The translations under genes were made by a program, and so were the position numbers. DNA of 49,856 bases, from positions 1-49,856 of the IMG/VR virus record IMGVR_UViG_3300037313_000092. One strand, written 5' to 3'. The notes beneath the pieces were generated by a model, which saw only the letters and a list, made by a program, of their open reading frames with translations, had not been told where the DNA came from and ran no database searches. Shown here piece after piece: positions 24,090 through 32,311 of this stretch (the first letter of the stretch is position 1; each line of letters starts with the position of its first letter). Source of the stretch: a virus.

Positions 24090-25667
24090 TTGATTAGTTC
24101 TTTTAATTCATTGATTAAGTCCCATATTCCCTGCCCAGATCAGATCAATTGTAGGTCTTCTGATGCTGCTACTGATTACGGTAGCCGTATTTATTGCTTT
24201 AGTTGTAGGAAGTCATTCAAGACAGTGGATAATATTCAATCAATCAAGCAAGACGAGGATTACTCGCCTAAAGAGTTCACACTAGAGTACCTGCCTTGGC
24301 GTGGTCTCACCAAAGAAACAATGCAGTTCTTTGGTATGAAGACCCGCGTCACCCCTGAAGGTAGACCACATTCTGTTATGTATCCCTACCCGGCAGGTGG
24401 GGTGAAGAACCGTGAGTTCAGTAATCATAAGTTCTGGTCTACAGGGCCGATGTCTGCTCCGGGTTTGTTTGGGCAGGACAAGTTCCCTGCCGGGTCGGCT
24501 AAGGCAATCACCATTACAGAAGGAGAACCCGATGCGGCCTCGGCGTTTCAAATGCTTGGGTCTCAATATCCTGCTGTATCGATCCGTTCATCAGCTACAG
24601 CACGGAAAGACTGTCAGCAGGCTTTTGAGTATCTCAACTCATTCGAGCGTATCTACCTTTGCTTGGACAACGACGAAGCGGGACGGAAAGCTACTCAAGA
24701 GATCGCTTCGCTATTCGACTTCAATAAAGTCTATCATGTCAAGCTAGAAGGACATAAAGATGCCAACGCCTTCCTCGAAGCCCGCCAATCCGAACAGTTC
24801 AAGCGAATTTGGTGGAACGCTCGAAGGTACCTTCCCGAAGGTATCGTATCCTCACATTCTGAGTTTAGAAGCATCCTTGAGGCAGATGTATCCAAACCAA
24901 GCGTCCCTTACCCTTTCGATGGGCTCAACGCCAAACTCCTCGGTATCAGAACTGGTGAGTTCGTTCTTGTTACTGCTCCAGAAGGCATTGGGAAGACTGA
25001 GTTCATCCGACGAATTGAACACCATCTCCTTCGAAATACAGACGCAAGTATCGCCTGTATCCATCTCGAAGAGACAAAGGCTCGTCAACTTAAAGGATTG
25101 GCTGGACTACACCTTAGAACAGCAGCTCACCTCCCTGATGGGGCTGTATCTCTTGACGAAATAGACGGCGCGCTAAAGGAACTTACTCATGGGCGGGATG
25201 ACCGTCTTCATATCTATAGTCATTTCGGCAGTGATGACCCTGACGTTCTCATTAACTCCATCAGGTTCCTTGGTGCTGTTTGTGGTTGTAAGTATATTTT
25301 CTTGGATCATATCACAATGGTGGTCTCGGGGTTAGCAGATGAAGACGAACGAAGAACATTGGACTACCTTTCTACTAAGCTTGCGACTTTGTGTCATGAC
25401 CTTGACATCACGATTTTCTGCATCAGTCATGTCAACGATGATGGCAAAACCAGAGGATCGCGAAACATCTCTAAGGTCGCTAATCTCAGAATTGATCTTG
25501 CTAGAGACCTCGTTGCGGAACTTGAAGCAGACCGCAACAAGACATTTGTCACAGTCTCAAAGAACCGTTACGCAGGCAAGACGGGTCCCGCTGGAGTTCT
25601 GAAGTTCGACCCGGAAGAGTTCATGCTTAAGGATGACGATGGCATAGTTATGCCTCCAGTCGAATAA
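24090..25667 (+). CDS. Bifunctional primase-helicase (T7 gp4-like)
   Basis: It has the Zn finger CPDQINC...CFSC and the TOPRIM motifs ITEGEPDAASA and LDNDEAGRKA. Walker A is APEGIGKTEF and Walker B is IFLDHITM. The start is a TTG and is uncertain, because an ATG at 24083 opens only a 4-codon ORF. Confidence 0.85.
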   Translation: MISSFNSLIKSHIPCPDQINCRSSDAATDYGSRIYCFSCRKSFKTVDNIQSIKQDEDYSPKEFTLEYLPWRGLTKETMQFFGMKTRVTPEGRPHSVMYPYPAGGVKNREFSNHKFWSTGPMSAPGLFGQDKFPAGSAKAITITEGEPDAASAFQMLGSQYPAVSIRSSATARKDCQQAFEYLNSFERIYLCLDNDEAGRKATQEIASLFDFNKVYHVKLEGHKDANAFLEARQSEQFKRIWWNARRYLPEGIVSSHSEFRSILEADVSKPSVPYPFDGLNAKLLGIRTGEFVLVTAPEGIGKTEFIRRIEHHLLRNTDASIACIHLEETKARQLKGLAGLHLRTAAHLPDGAVSLDEIDGALKELTHGRDDRLHIYSHFGSDDPDVLINSIRFLGAVCGCKYIFLDHITMVVSGLADEDERRTLDYLSTKLATLCHDLDITIFCISHVNDDGKTRGSRNISKVANLRIDLARDLVAELEADRNKTFVTVSKNRYAGKTGPAGVLKFDPEEFMLKDDDGIVMPPVE

Positions 25668-25685
25668 AACATCTAAGGAGCAATC

Positions 25686-25955
25686 ATGATCGATAACTAT
25701 ACAAAGACACTGATTTTCCGGAAATTACCAGATGAACCTTGGCCTAGTCTCGTTAACCGAGAGGTCGTATTCCGAGCAGGCTTCCTTACAAAAGGGTATT
25801 GTGGGGGCTACGTAGAGTATGGTGAAGAAATGAGAATAATCCGTATGTATGTTGTCGTGACTGATAAAGGCGAACAAGAATACCATTCTTGTATGGTTCA
25901 TGACGCTGATATTTTCGAGAAAGCAGTTCAGGACTATGAATATCAACATCGGTGA
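25686..25955 (+). CDS. Hypothetical small protein
   Basis: 89-aa ORF with AAGGAG upstream. Confidence 0.5.
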   Translation: MIDNYTKTLIFRKLPDEPWPSLVNREVVFRAGFLTKGYCGGYVEYGEEMRIIRMYVVVTDKGEQEYHSCMVHDADIFEKAVQDYEYQHR

Positions 25956-26145
25956 TACGTTTTACGTCGATGACATCAGGATTGATGACTATAGTAGATA
26001 CGATGGCTCCCTAACTGTCGCTGGGTATACTTACTACCTCCCTGATTGCACCCACTATACATGCTTGACGGAGGATGGTCGTACCGTAGATGTCCATGAA
26101 GAAGACGTACGGGATTATATGGATGGGCTGCCAGATGATGACTAA
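25936..26145 (+). CDS. Hypothetical small acidic protein
   Basis: ATG at 25936. 69 aa (MNINIGDTFYVDDIRIDDY...). Confidence 0.4.
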   Translation: MNINIGDTFYVDDIRIDDYSRYDGSLTVAGYTYYLPDCTHYTCLTEDGRTVDVHEEDVRDYMDGLPDDD

Positions 26146-26311
26146 AGTAGACTTCGAGGTTGGTGAAGAAATCGGTCTCGGTAACAAGACATGTATTGTC
26201 ATGGGTTACATAATCTATGATGATAAAAATGTCTATTACGACGTTGTGGACCAGAACGATAGAGTCTACACCGAGTGTTATCTGACGGAATACAATAAGA
26301 GGCGGTCATGA
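26135..26311 (+). CDS. Hypothetical small protein
   Basis: ATGATG at 26135. 58 aa. Confidence 0.4.
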   Translation: MMTKVDFEVGEEIGLGNKTCIVMGYIIYDDKNVYYDVVDQNDRVYTECYLTEYNKRRS

Positions 26312-26535
26312 TTGAACAAAAACCCTACAATCCGGGTGAAGTCAGGCGTATTAAAGAGAGTGATTATAAGGATCGATTGGTGCTGATCTGCGGCCATATT
26401 TGGTGGCCTGTCGAAAAGGTCAACGCCTACCACTGTATCCTTCTTCAGGATGATAAACTCCCGGAAGACCCGGAGCCGAAATACATCTGGGATACCTCAC
26501 ATGGCAAGTGGGAGAAAACGGACATTGTCGTCTAA
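26308..26535 (+). CDS. Hypothetical small protein
   Basis: 75 aa with an ATGA overlap to the upstream gene. Confidence 0.5.
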   Translation: MIEQKPYNPGEVRRIKESDYKDRLVLICGHIWWPVEKVNAYHCILLQDDKLPEDPEPKYIWDTSHGKWEKTDIVV

Positions 26536-26788
26536 GCCTAAGTTCAGCCAGAAGACGATCCACGTCGGGGGTAAGATCACAATCCCCCATAGTCACATCA
26601 ATACCGGAGAAGGTGAGATCATCGCTACGACCCGGTATACGATCCTCGTCAAATACAACAAAGGAACCAAGGGTGAACAAACAGCCACCTACGGCTTCGA
26701 GTACCTCAACTACATGTACGGAGAAGAAGCCGAGCTTAACCCCAACACTGGTCGACCATCTGATCTTGATGATCCGATCCCTTTCTGA
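26525..26788 (+). CDS. Small beta-rich protein ending in an SSB-C-terminal-tail-like motif (DLDDPIPF)
   Basis: TTG at 26525 with GGGAGAAA 7 nt upstream. An alternative ATG lies at 26501. The last residues are SDLDDPIPF-stop. Confidence 0.5.
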   Translation: MSSKPKFSQKTIHVGGKITIPHSHINTGEGEIIATTRYTILVKYNKGTKGEQTATYGFEYLNYMYGEEAELNPNTGRPSDLDDPIPF

Positions 26789-26888
26789 CGAGGACTTCTA
26801 CAAGGTCCTTCGTGAGATGCATAAAAAGGGCCAGAAAATGCACGAAGCCCGTCGCGAGGCTCGTCTCAAGGATAACCCCTACGGGTGA
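26769..26888 (+). CDS. Small basic helical peptide (39 aa)
   Basis: The peptide is MIRSLSDEDFYKVLREMHKKGQKMHEARREARLKDNPYG. It has a GTGA overlap with the next ORF. Confidence 0.35.
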   Translation: MIRSLSDEDFYKVLREMHKKGQKMHEARREARLKDNPYG

Positions 26889-27061
26889 ACCTCGATCCTG
26901 ACGCCGGCCCGTACGTCCACGCCCGCCTCAAGGAGATATCAGATCAGATTGTGGACCTTAGGAAATACCTGAGTGTCGCACCCGGCAACGCCGTCATGAT
27001 ATCTGTCCTTGAGCGCGAGCGTAAATCACTAATTAAAATGTACATCAAGGAGGTTACTTGA
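26885..27061 (+). CDS. Small protein (58 aa)
   Basis: GTG start, hand-found (VNLDPDAGPYVHARLKEISDQIVDLRKYL...). Below the track cut-off. Confidence 0.35.
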   Translation: MNLDPDAGPYVHARLKEISDQIVDLRKYLSVAPGNAVMISVLERERKSLIKMYIKEVT

Positions 27062-27216
27062 TCAGGATAACTGCCCCGCATTTTGTCGCTTGTGTGATTA
27101 TGGGGAACGATATAGTTTCCAAAGCAGCGCCAATCTTACGTTATATGGTAGGGTGGCCTAAACATCAGGTTATCCTCTACAGCGAAAGGAAAGGATGGAC
27201 GGTCGAACTGTTATAA
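27058..27216 (+). CDS. Small protein (52 aa) preceding the DNA polymerase
   Basis: TTG start with AAGGAGG 4 nt upstream (IRITAPHFVACVIMGNDIVSKAAPILRYMVGWPKH...). It overlaps the polymerase start by 22 nt. Confidence 0.35.
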   Translation: MIRITAPHFVACVIMGNDIVSKAAPILRYMVGWPKHQVILYSERKGWTVELL

Positions 27217-29087
27217 TCGATATCGAGGCTAACGGCTTCAACCCGGACAAGATACATTTCATTGTATGCCGGGACTACAAGACAGACGAGATAGAGGTAT
27301 TTAGAGATGTTCACGTCAATCCAGAGCCTTTTCTGGACTTTATGGGTAGCGTCGGTTGCATCGTTGGCCATCATGTACTTGGTTACGATGCTCCTGTGCT
27401 TAAGCGCTTGGTCCCTGTATGGGTGGAGAAATCTAAGTCTCTTCGCACAATCGACACTCTTGTTCTCAGCCGCCTTCTGGACTTTAGTATTTCTGGTGGG
27501 CACAGCATTGAAGCTTGGGGTCAGCGCCTAGGCATCGAGAAGAAAGGCGTTGATATTACCGATTGGTCGATACCGACCCAACAGATGCTAGATCGGTGTA
27601 TTTCAGACACAGCGGTAAATCGCGCCCTTCTCAAGCGTTTCCAAAGGTATCTCGATAGTCCTACATGGCAATCCGCCATAGAGGTTGAACACTTCATAGC
27701 CGAACGTTGCCGTGAATTACATGACAACGGGTTTCATTTTTCCCTTGACAAGGCTCAGGGGTTATGGTATAAAATAGATGCTGAGTTAAAAGAACTTGAT
27801 CACGAACTCCTTACCGCCTTTCCGCCTAAGGCTCGGTTTATCCGAGAGGTCCATCCTAGAGTTACGAAATTTGGTACACTCCATCGACAAGATTTTAGAT
27901 GGAGAGTTGACAAAGACCTATCGGATTTCAACGGGGGACCATTTTCATTATTCGAGTACGAGGAATTTAATCCTGGCTCTACTCCACAGATTATCGAAAG
28001 GTTAAACGAGGCTGGTTGGAAGCCTACTGAGAAAACTAAAGGACATATTGAAGCTCTAAGGTCCCGTGACGAGGAACGTATTGCAAAGTTCCGTACCACT
28101 GGATGGACCGTCTCCGAAGAGAATTTAAGCACTCTTCCAGACACCGCACCTCCTGCTGCTAAGACACTGGCTCGTCGTATTCTTATCGCGTCAAGACAAA
28201 GAACTCTAACAGAATGGATCAATAACTATAACCAAGAAACACACAGAATCCATGGAAGCTTCAACAGTATTGGAGCTTGGACACACCGGATGTCCCACAC
28301 GAACCCGAATACAGGTAACATCGCTAGAGAAGATGCTGTCTTCGGACCTGAAATGCGGAGCATGTGGTCAACCCCTGAAGGGTCTTATCTGGTCGGCGTG
28401 GACGCGGAAAGCATCCAGCTCAGGGTCCTTGCGCACTACATAAACGATCCTGAGTTTACCCAATCATTACTAACAGGAAAGAAAGAGGATGGTACTGACC
28501 CGCATAGCCTTAACAAAAGAGCTTTGGGAGGCGCCTGTAAAAGTCGAAATGACGCTAAGACTTTCATCTACGCCTGGCTTCTCGGAGCAGGTGTCGGAAA
28601 AGTTGCAGGAATTTTGGGCTGCGACTATCGAACAGCTAAAGCCGCAGTTGAGCAGTTTATTGAATATTACCCCGGACTCAAGCGTCTCAAACGAGACGTA
28701 ATACCTAAGGACGCCCAGAAGGGTTTCTTCCAAGGCTTCGATGGCAGATGGGTCAAGATAGTTGGAGAAGACCAAAGTTCGCGAGAACACTTCTGTCTAG
28801 CCGGGTATCTTCAGAATGGCGAAACTACAGTAATGAAACACGCCATGATGATATGGTATCCGAAGCTAATCTCGATGGGCATTCCTTTTAAGATTGTGAA
28901 CTTCGTTCATGATGAATGGCAAACAGAAGTACCTGATTACGACACCGGATTATTGGTCGCTAATACACAAGCGAAAGCAATTGCCAGTGCCGGTGAGAAA
29001 CTTCAACTCAGATGCCCAATGGCAGGCAGCATTATCTCAGGCCATGGAACGATTGCTATTGGCTCTAACTGGTTGGAAACCCACTAA
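27195..29087 (+). CDS. Family A DNA polymerase with 3'-5' exonuclease domain
   Basis: Exo I is IIDIEANG and Exo II is HHVLGYDAPVL. Motif A is VGVDAESIQLRVLAH, motif B is RNDAKTFIYAWLLGAG and motif C is FVHDEW. 630 aa. Confidence 0.9.
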   Translation: MDGRTVIIDIEANGFNPDKIHFIVCRDYKTDEIEVFRDVHVNPEPFLDFMGSVGCIVGHHVLGYDAPVLKRLVPVWVEKSKSLRTIDTLVLSRLLDFSISGGHSIEAWGQRLGIEKKGVDITDWSIPTQQMLDRCISDTAVNRALLKRFQRYLDSPTWQSAIEVEHFIAERCRELHDNGFHFSLDKAQGLWYKIDAELKELDHELLTAFPPKARFIREVHPRVTKFGTLHRQDFRWRVDKDLSDFNGGPFSLFEYEEFNPGSTPQIIERLNEAGWKPTEKTKGHIEALRSRDEERIAKFRTTGWTVSEENLSTLPDTAPPAAKTLARRILIASRQRTLTEWINNYNQETHRIHGSFNSIGAWTHRMSHTNPNTGNIAREDAVFGPEMRSMWSTPEGSYLVGVDAESIQLRVLAHYINDPEFTQSLLTGKKEDGTDPHSLNKRALGGACKSRNDAKTFIYAWLLGAGVGKVAGILGCDYRTAKAAVEQFIEYYPGLKRLKRDVIPKDAQKGFFQGFDGRWVKIVGEDQSSREHFCLAGYLQNGETTVMKHAMMIWYPKLISMGIPFKIVNFVHDEWQTEVPDYDTGLLVANTQAKAIASAGEKLQLRCPMAGSIISGHGTIAIGSNWLETH

Positions 29088-29119
29088 GTGTAAACAAGAA
29101 GAAAAGGAATAGTATTGTA

Positions 29120-29341
29120 TTGACTGGTTATAAACTCGTTACGATTTCATATTCAGAACAAGCTACGTTGGTTGTAAAGGCAGAGACAGATGATGAAGCT
29201 CGTGAGGCGGTCCTCAAGACACTTGAATATATCCCGGGTCTTACGGTGGTATCTATTGAGGACGCTTCGGAAGACGTTGTCCGCGACGCGAAGTCAAAGG
29301 CAGCGGAGCTGATGGAACAGACGAATAGGAGTTTGAACTAA
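29120..29341 (+). CDS. Hypothetical small acidic protein
   Basis: 73 aa with a TTG start. Confidence 0.45.
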   Translation: MTGYKLVTISYSEQATLVVKAETDDEAREAVLKTLEYIPGLTVVSIEDASEDVVRDAKSKAAELMEQTNRSLN

Positions 29342-29452
29342 GTGGATAATCTGACTTGGTTCGCAGAGTTCCTTCTGGGCTTCTTTTGCATCATTACTCC
29401 TATTGCATTTATTGTTTTTCTGGCGTTTTACGCGAAAGGTTTTAAGTATTAA
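29342..29452 (+). CDS. Small transmembrane peptide (36 aa)
   Basis: The GTG start follows directly after the upstream TAA. The peptide is DNLTWFAEFLLGFFCIITPIAFIVFLAFYAKGFKY. It has a TAATG overlap with the SSB gene. Confidence 0.3.
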   Translation: MDNLTWFAEFLLGFFCIITPIAFIVFLAFYAKGFKY

Positions 29453-29910
29453 TGGCGACTAAACATTATAAGTTTACTGGCCCGGTAAAGTGGGCGAAGG
29501 TTTGGCCCGGGCAGGTCGATCGGAAATACGCTGAGGATAAGAAGGGCGGCAACTGGAGTATCATCCTTCAGCTTGGCGACCAGTTGGCGTTCTTCAATGC
29601 TCTTGGTACGAAGCTTAAGGCTGCCCGCTTGGATGACCCTGAGCGTGGTATCTCCAAGGGAGATGTCCAGTTCCGTCGGTATGAGCGTCATCCGAAGATG
29701 GGTGAGCTGGGTCCGCCTGCGGTTAAGGGTGTCGACGAAGGCACTATGATTGGTAACGGCAGTATCTGTGAGGTTGAGATTGCGGTTTATGATTACCCCG
29801 CTCCTGACGGTACTCGGGGTTTTGCTGTTCGTCTTGTTGGTGTGGATGTAAAAGAACTAATTAAATTTGAGCCAGTTAAGGCCGATACGGGAGAGGATAT
29901 TCCATTTTGA
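29452..29910 (+). CDS. Single-stranded DNA-binding protein (T7 gp2.5-like)
   Basis: 152 aa, positioned beside the polymerase and nuclease genes. The acidic C-terminal tail ends ADTGEDIPF. Confidence 0.55.
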   Translation: MATKHYKFTGPVKWAKVWPGQVDRKYAEDKKGGNWSIILQLGDQLAFFNALGTKLKAARLDDPERGISKGDVQFRRYERHPKMGELGPPAVKGVDEGTMIGNGSICEVEIAVYDYPAPDGTRGFAVRLVGVDVKELIKFEPVKADTGEDIPF

Positions 29911-30092
29911 AGCACTTTGAAGCATTTCTGAATAGTTGGGTTGGTTGGACTGATAACGAGACCACGAAGATCACCAAGAATGGTAAGATCGTGACGATCT
30001 CTAATATCTTGAAGGATCATCCGAATGGTTTGACTAAGTCCACTACGATTGTTGATCTCAGCAAGGTCGCTGCGTACGCATTCGCTGAATAG
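29907..30092 (+). CDS. Hypothetical small protein
   Basis: 61 aa, with a TTGA overlap to the upstream gene. Confidence 0.4.
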   Translation: MKHFEAFLNSWVGWTDNETTKITKNGKIVTISNILKDHPNGLTKSTTIVDLSKVAAYAFAE

Positions 30093-30102
30093 CTGTCGCT
30101 GA

Positions 30103-30930
30103 ATGAAGACACTAGATACTCTAATTGAAGACATCTACGCAGTCTTTGATAAAGACGTGACTGTACCCCCGGAGGAAATCCAAGCCTTCGGGGATAACCT
30201 CGCGAGAACACTAAGTGACAAACTCACCAAACAAGAGCCTCGTCTCAGACTTAGTAACGTTGGCAGTCCTTGCCGTCGCCGTCTGTGGTATAGTATACGG
30301 TGCCCTGAATTGGGGGAGAAACTCTCCGGTCCAGCCCGTATCAAGTTCCTTATCGGAGACATCACAGAAGCCGTCATTATCTTCTTGGCGAAGCTCGCAG
30401 GACATTGCGTTAGAGATGAGCAACAAACCGTTGAGGTCCATGGTATCCAAGGACATCTTGACGGAACCATCGACGGAGAAGTCGTTGACGTCAAGTCAGC
30501 ATCACCGGCCAGCTTCAAGAAGTTCCAAAAGGGTCTGTCCCGGGAAACGGATGGCTTCGGGTATCTATCACAAATAGGCGGATACGCCCAAGCCAAGGGG
30601 AAGAATAATGGACATTTTCTTGCAGTTGATAAAGTCCTTGGCACTCTTCACATCGATAGCCATAGCAACCTACCTGTTATTAGTCCTGATCATGCGCAGG
30701 AAATTCGTAATCTACTCGATCAAGACACCCCTCCAGATCGAGGTTTTACGGATGAGAAACAAGGTGAAAGCGGCAATCGGGCACTCGGGTTTGTATGCTC
30801 GTACTGCGAGTTCAAACACAGATGTTGGCCGGGACTACAGGTCTACCCATACGTCAAAGGTCCGGTGTACTTCACAAAAGTAGTCAAGGAGCCGGTGCTT
30901 AGAGGTAAACGTGACCAAGGCCCGGGCTAG
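30103..30930 (+). CDS. PD-(D/E)XK nuclease with Cas4/RecB-like Fe-S cysteine set
   Basis: Motifs are SPCRRRLWY, HLDGTIDGEVVDVKS, QxxxY (YLSQIGGYA) and the C-terminal CSYCEFKHRC. Confidence 0.75.
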   Translation: MKTLDTLIEDIYAVFDKDVTVPPEEIQAFGDNLARTLSDKLTKQEPRLRLSNVGSPCRRRLWYSIRCPELGEKLSGPARIKFLIGDITEAVIIFLAKLAGHCVRDEQQTVEVHGIQGHLDGTIDGEVVDVKSASPASFKKFQKGLSRETDGFGYLSQIGGYAQAKGKNNGHFLAVDKVLGTLHIDSHSNLPVISPDHAQEIRNLLDQDTPPDRGFTDEKQGESGNRALGFVCSYCEFKHRCWPGLQVYPYVKGPVYFTKVVKEPVLRGKRDQGPG

Positions 30931-31318
30931 TCATCTACGGAGGTTGTATGGCATTACGGAACAGCAATACGAAGAGGTACTTCAGAGGCAGTTGGGCAAC
31001 TGTGGCGTTTGTGGACGATCAGCTAGTCAGTTTAAAACCCGGCTCGCAGTTGACCACGATCATCATTCGGGAGAAATCCGGGGGCTTCTCTGTATCGTGT
31101 GTAATCGAAGAATTATCGGCCGTCTCCGACGAGAGCTCGGGGGTGTTGAAATTCTCAGACGAGCATCACAATACTTAGAAGGCCCGTATACTGGCTGGTT
31201 CGTACCAGAAAGGAAGAAGAAGAAACGTGTCAAGAACTCACCTCGTGGTACCAGACAGCCACGCGCATCCAGATCACGGAAACGAACGAGCAGACTGGCT
31301 AGGAGAACTCATCGCTGA
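30911..31318 (+). CDS. Endonuclease VII-type Holliday-junction resolvase
   Basis: The motif is CGVCGRS...LAVDHDHHSGEIRGLLCIVCNRRI. It has a GTG start and an Arg/Lys-rich tail that overlaps the next gene. Confidence 0.8.
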   Translation: MTKARASHLRRLYGITEQQYEEVLQRQLGNCGVCGRSASQFKTRLAVDHDHHSGEIRGLLCIVCNRRIIGRLRRELGGVEILRRASQYLEGPYTGWFVPERKKKKRVKNSPRGTRQPRASRSRKRTSRLARRTHR

Positions 31319-31994
31319 TGTCAAACCAGATGTCCTCGTGCATATCGGAGATAGTGCCGATCTACCGAGCCTCAGCTCCTATGACAAAGGAAAGCGCCAG
31401 TTTCAGGGAAGAAATTATAAGAAGGATGTCGACGCCCATCTTGATTTCCAAGACCGAATGTTCACACCAATCAAGAAACTCAAACGACGATTACCGTTTT
31501 CTGTTTTCTGTATTGGTAACCACGAACATCGTATTACTCGTGCTATTGATCTCAGTCCTGAGCTTGAAGGTACTATCGGTTTAAAAGATTTACAACTATC
31601 GGAGTGGTACGATGTGGTTGTGGATTACTCAGGGAATACCCCCGGGACTATTAATGTTGACGGTATTAATTATGCTCATTATTTTGTCGGGGGTATTGCT
31701 GGACGGCCGTTGGGAGGACTGCATTCTGGGTACTCCATCGCAACGAAGAAGTTTTCTTCAGCGACTTGCGGTCACAGCCATCTCTTCGATACTTCTTGGC
31801 ATGTTGACCTCAAAGGCAATCCTGTTATTGGCACAGTCGTAGGGTGTTACCAGGATTATGACAATGATTGGGCGGGTGAAGTAGCCCACCTTTGGAACCG
31901 TGGGGTTGTTATTAAACGGTTCGTGGACGGCAAAGGAGGCTATGATATCCAATGGATTTCATTGGATAGCCTAAGGAAAATATATGGAACGTGA
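31227..31994 (+). CDS. Calcineurin-like metallophosphoesterase
   Basis: Motifs are VVPDSHAHPD, HIGDSADL and IGNHEHR. GTG start. Confidence 0.75.
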   Translation: MSRTHLVVPDSHAHPDHGNERADWLGELIADVKPDVLVHIGDSADLPSLSSYDKGKRQFQGRNYKKDVDAHLDFQDRMFTPIKKLKRRLPFSVFCIGNHEHRITRAIDLSPELEGTIGLKDLQLSEWYDVVVDYSGNTPGTINVDGINYAHYFVGGIAGRPLGGLHSGYSIATKKFSSATCGHSHLFDTSWHVDLKGNPVIGTVVGCYQDYDNDWAGEVAHLWNRGVVIKRFVDGKGGYDIQWISLDSLRKIYGT

Positions 31995-32142
31995 TGAACT
32001 AGCTACATTAGAATTTATCAGGAGGTTGCTAGAGCTGTATACAATCGAGGAATTGTTGGAGTTTGACGATCTGCCTATCGAGGAAGCCCTCGAACTACTC
32101 GTGCAATACGGAGCTTTAGGATTTGACAACGTCCCGAGCTAA
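31984..32142 (+). CDS. Small acidic protein (52 aa)
   Basis: Hand-found ORF MERDELATLEFIRRLLELYTIEELLEFDDLPIEEALELLVQYGALGFDNVPS. Confidence 0.35.
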   Translation: MERDELATLEFIRRLLELYTIEELLEFDDLPIEEALELLVQYGALGFDNVPS

Positions 32143-32311
32143 GAAGGTAAAAACTAAGTACAAAGTAATCTCTAAAGATAATTTTATCCATGCTTTGAAT
32201 TACTATTTGGGAAGTCTATCAATCCTAGATGACGATGAGCATGTTACATTTTTCCATGAAGTTAAAGATGGTTTTGAAATTGCTATCGAAAGGATTTCAA
32301 ATGAAGACTAG
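32123..32311 (+). CDS. Hypothetical small protein
   Basis: 62 aa with a TTG start. Confidence 0.4.
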   Translation: MTTSRAKKVKTKYKVISKDNFIHALNYYLGSLSILDDDEHVTFFHEVKDGFEIAIERISNED

